Assembly (NCBI RefSeq): GCF_018977255.1
Contig: NW_024704742.1
Location: 22,694,001-22,758,000, forward strand
Direction of reading: 5' to 3'
Source of the DNA: Callorhinchus milii
Lineage: Eukaryota
Length of the DNA stretch: 64,000 nt
In this document: positions 38,901-50,900 of the stretch, one piece after another
Numbering within the stretch: position 1 is the first letter of the stretch
Layout of the letters: each line of letters begins with the position of its first letter
Notes under the pieces: model-generated
Databases searched by the model: none
Seen by the model: only the letters and a program-made list of their open reading frames with translations
Told to the model about the DNA's origin: nothing
Program-made: the position numbers and the translations under genes

Positions 38901-41900
38901 TGGTAATGAAAATAGGAGAGAACAACACAACTGGTTGTTTTGTGCAGCCCACCCCTTATTCCCATCTATAAGTTGGCTGACTGTCACAAATAGTAGCAAT
39001 AGTCAAATAACTTTTCTTCTCTCTTTTCTTATGGTAGTTTTGGACTTATGTGCATGTGACCATCCATCTAGGTGGAAGGCAAACTAGGTGGACCTTGGTC
39101 TTTTTTCGTCTGGCATTTTTATGTTCTTATGTTTTATCCCCCACTACAATGTCTTATATAAAAAAAAGCTGCCTTCATTCACCTCTATCCAGTCTTCCTG
39201 CTAAATCCCTTAACAAAATTAATAATAATTTGGTCACTCAATCCACGACTGTCTGTGGGATACTACTGTGTACAATTGGCTGCCGTGTTTCACCCCCCAA
39301 AAAAATACAGTCATATCACTTCACAGTATATTCTGTGAAGCGCTTTTGAGACATCTCGAAGACGCAATAAGGCACTATATCAAATGCAAGGATTAGGGTA
39401 TTAACTTATTATAAATGATAAATTCCTTGTTCACAAATGTCTTGCCCAAGTCTGCACATCGGAACCTGCATTCTGTGCATTGAGTGACACTGGAGATCAA
39501 TATGAACCTGTGAATCAGTGTGAAAATGTAAAGGTTAGGTTAATGTTTACCAAAAAATATTGTGGATACAGACGAGTTTCTTGGCTTTTCATTTTCAATT
39601 TGGGTTCCAGTTTGATTTCACCTACTCTTGTTAACCAGTGAAAGGCCAAACCTTACGCCATTCTTTTGCAAAGAGGAACTTTAACTCTGCTTTTCTCTTT
39701 TAATGTTAATATGTTGTGAACTCTGTTTAATCTTCATGGGCATGTAGACCTGACAGGTTGGGAAAGAGTACGTGGAAAACAATGCACACGCTTTGAATAG
39801 CACATAAACATCTAAAATCCTGGGACGTTGCCTAGATCCTTCAGGATGACTGCTTTTATGAAAAATCACCAACTTTGTCTCCAAGGGAACACCATGACCC
39901 TGGCTGCTGCTGCTATTGCTAAGTCATCTTCTTGGTCTTGGGGCAGATTGAGCTGCCCTGTATTTTCAGGTCAACACTGCTGTCCTCCTCACAGGCCTTC
40001 CGCATGAAGTGGGTAAGTTCCAGGAGCAAAAGGTGAAGTTGCTCTCTGCAACTTTGAAACCACTTGCCTGTGTTAGTTTCTGCATTGATTGCATTTGGCT
40101 GTAGATTGCACTCCACGGAGTAAGCTGGGAGAGAAACCCAGCCCAGCAACTTCAGGCTGCTGGGGAGCTGCTTCTATTTGAGGCAGTGTGTTACTATTAA
40201 AAACCCATGTGGAGTCCTGTAGCATAGTGATTAGCACGCTCTCCTCACAAGCGAGAGAACCCAGGTTTGATTCTCGGGAAGGGTGAAACCCTAGGCACGT
40301 TTCCTTAGTACACACGGTTACTAGCAGTAAGTAGGAACCCGGTTTTTGGTTGATTGTCCGATCGCTTACCAGGTATAAATAAAAAAAATTTGCCCCAAAA
40401 TATACAGTCAATCAATCCATCTACTTGGCCTTTACAAGCTAATGTCATGGGATCTCAAAGTTAAGATGTGGATTTGTAGTAGCTGTCTAAAAGGGAAGGA
40501 AGCAGAGGATAGTTGGAAGTGGAGCTATGGGATCTGAATGGGTGAGCTATTGCCACAGGGGTCTGTGCTGGGACCCTCATGTTCCTAGTTTACATTGATG
40601 AACTGGATTTTCAGACTCAACGCAACATGCATACATTTGCACATGGCCCTGATCTGGTTACAGAAAACTGGAACCCGAGGAGGCAGCCAAAGAGAACTCA
40701 ACGGGGAATGCAGATCAATGGCAAATTAAGTTCAATACACAAGTTCAAGTTACAGGAAGTAAATTGAGGCTGCACATAAACTCTGTGGAGCGCATAGTGT
40801 TTACTGCTCTGGGAGGAAGACTTGAAAGAGATCCAATTGATCTAAGCATGTTAGTTGACTACAGTATTTGTGCGCATTATCAAGTCAGTTGGCTTCAGAT
40901 CCCCAGATCTATGGTGCTGTAGTCCACCTGCACTTAAAGTGCTGCACGAAGTCCTGGTCCCCGCAACATGAGGCATCTGGCTGCTCAAGCCCTGGAGGCA
41001 GTGCAGAGGAGAATAATGACACTGGTCGCCAGTGTAGGATGGAACAGCTATAACAATAAAAATCCTTGCAGTTGCCCCTCGCATTGGGAAGGTGTCTCAA
41101 AGCGCTTCACAGGATTCACTGCAAAATGGAGTGACTGTTTTGTAGGTGAATGTGGCAGTCACAGCAGTGCCCCCCAAATAACCAGGTAACAAGGGACCAA
41201 TTTTATTTGGGGGATTGTTGTCCACTGGGAGAAACTCCCTTCTCTTTTCGAATAGTGTCATGGGATCTTTAACGTCCACCTGAAAAGCCAGACAGGACAA
41301 AACACCATCAACAACTTGCACTTATATGCACTTCCATGCAGGGTAGCCCCTCAGGATGCTTACCAGTAACAGAGCCTAACTCCAAGCCTGACTTTATCAT
41401 TCCATTCGAATGATGGATGAGGAACGGTTAGATAAACTCACGCTCTTGATACTTTTTTTGCACAAAGGATAGTTGACAGTTGAAACAGTACACCAGAGAG
41501 GGTAGTAGAGGCCAGGAGATGACTCAGTTAAGGCTTGACGGTGTAATGGAAAGGCAGTAGAGTGGTTATTCTGGAAAACCAAAGGGTCTTCTTCATCCAA
41601 ACCTCTCTAATAAGATTGTGGGTGGTGGCGGTCCTCAACACTGAGCTTAGCTGATGGTGATCCTCTCTGTAACACGATAACACACTAAACGACTTGTGAA
41701 TTGAATTCCTACTGCCATACTTTATTGTATGCCTTTGAAAGGCTCGCCAGGCTTGTTTATGCTACTTCCCAGCTTGTCGGTCTTCACAACTCTTCCCTTC
41801 ACAAACTGCAGATTATCCCGAACTCTGCAGCTGGTGTCCTCTCCACATCGAGTTCCGTGAACCGTTCAACCCCACCCTCGCCAGGTTCTGCTGGCTCCCC

Positions 41901-44900
41901 ATCCCCAGAGTATCGAGTTCAAAATTCTCGTCCTCGACTTCAAAGCCCTCCACAGCCATGCTCTTCCCTACCTCTGTGACCTCCTGACTCCATACAGACC
42001 TGTCCGCTCGCTCTGCTCAGCGAGCTCTGGTCTGTTCTATGTCACCCCACCTGCCCACGTCACCATCAAAAGTCAGGCCTTCAGCCTCTCTGCCCCCACC
42101 CTCTGGAATTCCATCCCACAGTCCCTAAACCTCACCTCCTTCAAGGCCCATCACAAAACCCTCCTCTTTGACCGCGCCTTCGGTCATTCTCCTACCCCTA
42201 CCCCTCCTGATCCCAACCATCAGCTCGGGTGCAAATCCTTGACTGTCCAGCGCCTTGGGTCATCCTCCTGACGTGAGAGGTGCTGTACACATGTAATTTA
42301 TTATTGTTTGAAAGAAAGCTAAATATTCTGAAAGATAAGCACAGACTATGATTTCTTCCTGCCCCACCCCCCTCCCCCTTACAAACAGAAGTTTGGCTAA
42401 GGTGTCGGGTGTCTGACCTTTGTACAAATTAATTTAGTCGATATGCTTGAGTAATTCTTACTGTTGTACTAAAGATTACATACTTCACACTCAATTAAAG
42501 TGGATTATTAACCATGGAACCTCATCACTTCTTCCCTTACAGATCAATTTTCTATAATGTTGTTTTCAATGGATTAGTTGCCCGGCAGTACAGGAAACAC
42601 TGTAAGGTGGAGAGAGAGAACATGAACTGGGTGAGGTTGAGGATGTCTGAGAATCCAGATCATTAATGTACAGAAGGAATATAGGGTGCCCCAGCACAAT
42701 TTGCAAACTAAAGATAATACTGGAGTTTAAAATGAGCCATTTACAATCTGGTAGTTATCTCTCTAAATGCAATCCAGCAAAAATTATCTGACTTAATAAT
42801 AATCATCATCATCCTTGCATTTGATATAGCGCCTTATCAAGTCACCTCAAAGAGCAGAATATGCTGTAAAGTGAATTGACTGTAATTTTGTGGGCAAAAT
42901 GTGGTAGTCAGTTGTGCATAGCAGTGTCCCACAAACAGTTGTGGGTTGAATGACCAAATTATTATTTTACTGTTGGAAAAGAACAGAATCTTGAAGTTTG
43001 GCAAAGGTCATTTTGCAGCTTAATGTGATGAGAAAGTAAACACGGTGTAACCTCTTGCTGCCCAACTTTTTGTTGGACTTTTCAGGTTTTCTCAGCTGAG
43101 AAATAGCCACCATCATAAACCACAGTTAGCTTCAGCCGAGCAAAGGCTGCAGTTTAGATTCCCGACTGCTGACTGCATTTAACCATCTATCACAAAATGG
43201 TATACAGATCCACTTTTCCTTCTGCAGCACTATCATTGCTATTGTTGTATGTTTCTGTTCATCATAGTCTCTGTCCATGTGACTCTGTGTGTGAGTTGGT
43301 TGAATTTTTAATTCAGTGGCTTGTGCCATTATCACCTGTCAGAGATATTAAATCATTTTGGAGGTTTTATTTCCCAATTTCCATGATGAATTGTCTGGAA
43401 GATTATTGTACATCTCCAAGCTCTGGAAGATTTCTCTGTTTGCTACTGTTTTGGTATTTCACTGACTCATGTTCCTGAAAAGTGTGTTTCTCTTTCTAAA
43501 GTTACAGTGTGTTTTTCTTCCTGCTGTTCCAATTACCCTCACGTCTATTAAACAAAATGGTCATTATCTGGTTTGGAAAAACTACACTGTTAAATTCTAT
43601 GGATCCAAAACTCATTTGAATGTTGACGTGTTTGGAAGTTCCTATAAATATCACTGACATGCTGTAATGAAACTTCTTTTTGTTTTGTCCACAGTTCGGC
43701 GATATCCATGGTTTCTTGGCTCAACTCCTCACCAACTTCTCCAAGCTCACCCTGTTCACCAACGTTCACCTTCCCACCCCCCACTGAAAACAAACCTCTG
43801 GACGGGTATGTGAGACTGTGGGCAACCACTTAGTTTACACAACAGTTGATTGAGTTTGGTAAAAGAGTTAGTCGTGAATCGTTGTTACTGAGATTTGGTG
43901 ACAAAAAAGGACTGCTTGACCCTCCTTTAGCTGGTTTGAGAGTTACCAGTGAGATAGATGTATTTGTCTAATCTCAGAGTGATTCACTGTTTAGATACCA
44001 ACAGCAGCACGTTGCTCATTGTGTCCAAGGTGGCATTGAGACAACCAGGGGAGAGGAGAAATAACATGATGGACAAGGTAAAGCGGATTGACTGCGTTTC
44101 ACCTACATTTTTGTGAGCGAAACCCAGCAGCCAATTGCATACAGCAGTGTCCCACAAACAGTTGTGGAGTGAGATTATTGTCTTATTTCACTGAAATGTT
44201 TTGCCCAGTTTTCTTACTAGAAAATGCTAGAGTGGTACTGCACCATCACAGCTCTGTGCCTACCTAAATGTTGCTTAATATTTCAGTCTGCCTGCCAATA
44301 ATGTTAAGAGGAACGAAATAGACCTTAACTATGTCTCAGACATTCTATTAATGTAGTTATAATAATCCTTGCATTTGATACAACACCTTTCACATGAGGA
44401 GTGTGCCTCAAAGTGCTTCACAAGATTTACTAAGTATTTTGTAGCGGGAAGAACCCAATGTCAAAACATTACCTAGACCACCGCCAACAAAAAAAAGTTT
44501 TCACTTATCGAGTGACTTTCACATGGGGAGATTGTCTCAAAGCGCTTACAAAGATTGATTGGGATCTCAAGCTGGAAAGAAACGGGTGGAGTGGGGACAG
44601 AGCACAGTCAAAAAGAGATGTCTTTAGGCAGATTTTGGAAGAAGAGAAGCAGAGGGCAAGACAGAGGGGGCAAAGTTGCTGAAAGCTTGCCTGTTATTGA
44701 TATGGGCGGAGGGGTTTGAAGGAGAGTTGAGCATCAAAGAAAATACCATGGGTTCTGCATAGGCTCCGTGAGCTGGAGTGAGCAAGGCACTTACAAAGAT
44801 GGAGTCAGCTCTCAAGCGGGGAGTGATACAGATAGTGCCTGAGGTGAGACAACACCTGTGGGAGCCAAGCTGTACAGCCTCAGTGTTATTGATTCTGAGT

Positions 44901-47900
44901 TGGACAGACAGAGCAACAGTGTACCTGGAGTCGAGAATGGGGAGTAAAGTAAATTTCATTGTCATCTGTATAAATCTGGAAGTGGCCCAGGCCTACCAAA
45001 GGAGAGCGTGTGGAGACTGAGGACAGAGCCCTGGGAAACCCGACAATGCGGGACAGGAGGACAGACCACTAGATAAGTCAAAGGAAAGACTCTGGGACAA
45101 GTAGGAATGAAACTGAGAAAGCGCAGAGCAATGGAGATGTACAGGGAGGAGAGAGGTGGTCTGGATGGAGTGGTTGACAATGTTAAAACAGCAGAGAGAT
45201 TGAGGAGGACAGGGCGCCTCAGTCACAAATGGAGAGGATGTTGTTTGTGACTTTGACTGGCCTCTAAGATGTAGGCTGTTAGAAGTAAAAACTGGTTCAG
45301 ATTGATTTGCATACAAAACAGTTACATGATCTGTTGTACAAAGATTTTCAAATTCTATATTGTATCTCCATTTACAGAAATCCCTGTGCGTGTGCGTGCG
45401 ACTGACTGTGTGCGTGAATGACTGACTGTATGTGTGTGTGTGTGTGCACGTGTGTGACCAACTCATTCTATCTGTGTGTGTGAGACTGACTGAGGGTGCA
45501 AGTGCAACTGTGTTTGTGATTAACTGATTGAGCGGCCACATGCGCGACTGACTCACCTGCCACCTGTATGTGTGTGTGTGTGGTGCATATGTGAGTGTGA
45601 GACAGTGTGTCAGTGGATGAAAGAGAGTTCATAAAACCGTGTTTTGTAAAATTGAGTCTATTTACCAAGTTTTCAACTGCACTAACTTCTGCTCAAGCGT
45701 GAATGATGGCAGTTTGTCCAGATGTCAACATTAACATTGTGGACCACATGTCTGGTGCAGGCAGGCAGGCTGCTGGGCTGCTTTGCTGTTATTTTTAGCT
45801 TGTTTGGATCTGTGTGTCCTACATTCTTAGTTTCCCTCCTAGCCGGTGGCCACTTCTGTCTGAAAGTGTAGGCAGGTGGGCTGCTTTCTCACCTCTGCTT
45901 GCTTTTAGGTCAGCTGCAAGGTAAATCTTGCTTGGATCATGTATTTTAACCCCTCTTTGCTTGGCTTCCAAAAGTAGTCACTCTCATGTTGGCAGGTGAG
46001 ACAGGATTCCCTTTGTGGAGTAATGTTGGGGCTGGTTCATTTCTCCCTTGTTTAACGGTAGACATCCATCCCTACTTTCTGTGTAAAATCATTGTCGAGG
46101 TTTAAGAACTCTTTGAACCATCCTCCTGAAGCGAAAGACACTGTATTGAAAAATGCTAATTTTGCAGGTTCCTGCTTGCAAACAATGGTTTACCAACAAT
46201 ATTTTCCACACGTCATTTTTATGTTGGGAAATTTCTGTCAGTGTGTGTGGAGACTGAGTAATTAGGTGGGCACTTAGTGTCATCGGGACCTGGGGTTAGA
46301 ATCCAGTCGTAGTGGGTGAGGGTCAAGGAGTGGAATCTGTATTTGCAATAACTATGAAATCTCACTCAGGCTACAGCTGTCACCAGGAACATCAGGGCCG
46401 CTTTTTGAGGTCAAGTTGGCTTAAGTTGCATTGTTGGGGGCAGAGTACAGGGAGGCTTTTTGCTGCACCTAAACTTACCTGGTTTAGGTGGACACTGAGG
46501 ATCCCACAGGATTGATGAAGAGGAGTAGAGTTCTTTCTCAGGATGTAAACATTTTCCTTTGCACCATGAGTAGTCGAATGGTGAAATACTTTACCCACAA
46601 TTGACTTTTGAAGCCAAGTCCATAACAACATTTGAAAGTGAAGTGGGTAAGTAGTTGAGGGAAGTTATTGCTTGGTAAAGGAATAGAGCAGAGCAATGGA
46701 ATTAGAGTATGGAGCTCCAGGGGGGAGTTAGCAGCAGTGCAGACACAATGAGCCAAACAACCTCCTTTGTTTGTAAACTTTCTATGCCTGCCCAATATTC
46801 CTTTCTCATCCAATTAACTTTTGGTCATTCATCTCATTGCTGTTTACCACCGCAGAATAGTTGCTTGGTTTGTCTACATAACTGCATCACAAGAAGTCAA
46901 GACAGCTATTGCATCCGATGCTTTGAGACATTCTGACATACAGGACGGAGTCCTGTAGCTCAGTGGTTAGACCACTCGCTTTGCAAGCGAGAGACCTGAG
47001 TTCAATCCAGGCAGGGCGAAACCTTGGGCAAGTTTCCTTACTCCACACAGAGCCTAATAATAATCCCTCCAAAACCAAAACCAATAATAAATTGGTCATT
47101 TTCAATCTACGACTGTTTGTGGGACATTGCTGTGCGCAATTAGCTGCCGCATTCGCCCACAAATATACAGTCAATTCAATTTACAGTCTACTCTGTGAAG
47201 CGCTTTGGGATGTCCTCCCGACGTGAAAAGCGCTATATCAAAATGCAAGGATTATTATTATTATTATTATGATGGGGAGGTGTATCAAATACAAGCATCA
47301 GAAAGCGATCTTTTAAATATCTGTAGTGGATATCACCACATGGTTTGCAGATATGATGTACTGACACAAGTAAAAGGTTTTTCCGAAATCTAAACAAAAC
47401 AAAATGTGTGCAGGAGGAAAGTACAGCTGGCTGACCAACTCCAGAGCTGTGTATTGCTAAGTCCCATGGCTCCTTGCACATCTTGTTTGCTCTCTGAAAA
47501 ATTAGATCAGTTACCTAACCTTTACTGGCAATAGCAATGATAAAATTCCTTTCAATAAATGGTTTAAAAAATGCTCCGATTTAAGTACAGCTTTCTCGCT
47601 TCACTTGGAATATGTCAGCAATTGGTTATGGTCAGACCGTAGCCCTTGTGAAGTCAGTGGGGTTCTTGCAGCGAACACACTCCCAATGTTATTGTCTCTG
47701 CTGTGCTAGAACTTTCTTTGCTGACCCAATGATCATATTAATTTCACAGGGTCACAAACAGGAAAGCCAAGGCCGTTTACTCGTGCGAAGCGGAACACAA
47801 TTCCGAGTTATCTTTCCGAGTGGGAGCAATATTTGAAAATGGTGAGTGTGTGTTTTTTTATAAAAAATTTAAATGACTGTGACCAGATGTGTGGGTTCAG

Positions 47901-50900
47901 ATAAATAGAGGGTTTGTTCAGTGCATTGCTGCTGAGATTTTCCAATTGCACATCAAAACTGGAGGAATGAAGTTCCACTGGTGGAAGTAATGGATTAAGT
48001 TGTGAGCTTCTATTTTCAGGCTGTCATTGTCCAGGCCTCAGCACTTTGACTGCAGAGGCTGCTGCATATCAAGAGCCAAGTTTTTATCTAGGTTTTACTC
48101 AGGAAACCGGAGACACGGGGTTCTTTATTTCTAGCTGCCATGTATAAAGGAAAACATTTTAATTTCTCTCCTGGTTGACACTTGGCCCCTGTGTTTGCTA
48201 TATGTGGGCACTTCGGGGGGAGGGGGCAAATGTGCTACGGTTAAATGTAACTCTATTTCTCAAAAAGAAAATGAAAGATTTCAGGCTGACAGTTTTTCAT
48301 CAGTCAAACAGTTCAACTACACACTGCCTTTTGTTTTTTTTAAAGAAAAAGTTGGTTTTCAGTCGGATTGGATGAGAGCAAATGGAGTTCAGGACGAGCC
48401 TATCCATTCCTCAATGGGAACTAGATTAAAGCTCACCATTTCAGGAAAACAATGGGGATGACTCTTTAGAAAGACGTTAAGATTGCTTTATGTGGAGGAC
48501 TGTTGAAAACTGACTGAATCTACGCTACATGTGACCCTGTCTCGACGACGAAATACGAAAGATTGCTTCAAATAACCACGTGCTGCTGCTATCCTAATCG
48601 GGCACAGGCCGATTGGATTTCCAATATGCGGAAAGAATTCAATCCAACAGATGGTGTTACTGAATGTGAAAAGGAAGATTTGAATTCTGAGGGGCTTTAG
48701 CAGCAGTGGGGAGGGAGGGAGGGGCTGGCGTGCCTGACTTGGAGAATGCTTGGTTGGTCCCACACTCTGCGTAGTACGGGAAGGGACTTGAGAGCAGCTG
48801 AATCACAACCTGGGCTGCTTCACATGCACAACTCCCAGTAGGTAATTGTAAGACCGGAGTGGAGATGTGTTTCTCCAGTCGGTGTAAGATCTAGAATGGA
48901 TTTGTACTTCTCCACAGTAAGATCTGCCACAGAAACCCAATGCAAGCCGTGACCTGTGGAGCAAAATCATCTCACAATAACAGCATATTTCCAACATGTA
49001 TGCACACCACCCAGACCAGGAGGCAGATCTAAGACTTGAGCAGAGAGCCCAGCAGCATGAGGAGGGTACTGAGTGAGGTGGAACAGAATGAGAATTCTGT
49101 TAAGGAATTTGGTGAGAGTGGGAATTTGGTGCAGAGGGGGAAAGAAGAATTATAAAATATATAATATTTATATTAAAATAATAGGAAACAAGTCTGGGAA
49201 TATGGCAAGGCAGCTGAGACCAGTTGCATGCACAATGTGTGCCATGTGGGAACTCCAGGATGCTTTGTGTACCCTGTACAGACACATCTGCTCAAGCTTG
49301 AGCTCAGAGTTTCTGAGCTCGAGCAGAGGCTGATGTCACTACATTTCATGACATAGGGAAAAAAAGGGCTCAGATCCTACAGGGAGAGTGTCAGAAGCTA
49401 GGGAAAAGGCTAAAGAGTAGAACCTCAAAGGTCGTGATCTCTGGATTACTCCCAGTTCCTCGTGCAAGTGAGTATCAAAACAGCAGGATCAAACACATGA
49501 ATGCATGGCTGGAGAAATGGTGCAGAAAGGAGGGCTTCAGGTTCCTGGATCATTGGGACCAGTTCTGAGGCAGTTGGGACCTGTACAAGGTGGATGGGTT
49601 ACACCTGAACAGGCCTGGGACTAATGTCCTTGCAGAGAGGTTAATTAGTGCTGTGGAGAAGGGTTTAAACTAATCTTGAGGGGGAAGGGAAGCAGGATGT
49701 CGCATTAGAGAGAACAAACAAGTTACACAGAGGGCTGGGAGAGACGAATAGCAATGTAATCAGGAGTAATCCAGAAAAAGGAGGGATTAGATGGTGAAGA
49801 CATGCAGAACAGACTAAGTCGGTCTTGGAGTACGTGTGCGTAAATGCACAGAGTGTGACAAGTAATTTTGGTGAGCTGCAGGCTCAAGTTGCCATAGAGG
49901 GTTATGATGTAGTGGCAATAACAGAGACCTGGCGCAAACAAGGACAGGAATGGGAGCTGAATATTCCTGGCTACAATGTATTCAGGAGGGATAGAGAAGG
50001 AAAAAACAAATGGGGTGGTGGCAATATTGATTAAAGACACGGTTACAGCCCTGGAAAGGAACGATGTGCTAGAGGATCCAAAAACAGAATCTATTTGGAA
50101 AGAGTTAAGGAGCAGAAAAGTAGCTGTTACTATGTTAGGTGTATACTATAGACCACCAAATAGTGGGAAGGGGATAGACGAGCAAATCTGCAAGCAGATT
50201 TCAGAAAAATGCAAAACCAATAGACTAGTGATAATGGGGGACTTCAATTATTCCAAACATAGACTGGCAAAATAATAGTGTAATGGGCAAGGAGGGGGAA
50301 GGATTCCTGAAATGTTTGCAGGATAACTTTCTGGATCAGTATGTTTCCAGCCCGACGAGGAAGGAAGCAGTGCTGGATCTAGTTCTGGGGAATGAAGTGA
50401 GGCAAGTGGAGCAGGTTTCAGTAGGAGAGCATCTCGACAAGAGTGATCACAGCATCAATTAGGTTTTGAGAACTTATGCGGACAAGGAGCAATCAAAGGT
50501 GAAGATACTCAACTGGAAGAGGGTTAATTTCAGTGAGTTAAAAAGGGACCTAGCCAAGGTGGACTGGAAAGGAAGATTGGCAGGTAAAACAGCTAATGAA
50601 CAATAAGAAGCCTTCAAGGAGGAGATAGTTCGGGGCCAGCAAATACATTCCCACAAAGGGGAAAAATGGGGCATCTAAACCTTCCTGGATGAATAAGGAA
50701 ATTGGGATTAAAATAAAACAGAAAAGGAGGCTTATGATACATGTCAGGTCCAAAATACAGAAGATAATCAAATAGAATATAGGTAGTATAGAGGAGAACT
50801 GAAAAGCAAAATAAGAGGGGCAAAGTGATTGTATGAAAAAAAAATTAGTGGGTAACCTAAAAGGGAACCCTAAGGTATTTTATAAGCATATAAAGAATAA

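Noticed and set aside
43383..43465. Possible C/D box snoRNA (ATGATGA...CTGA); similar case at 23699-23783
   Set aside because: No terminal stem, and no recognisable rRNA/snRNA guide sequence; the boxes are short enough to occur by chance
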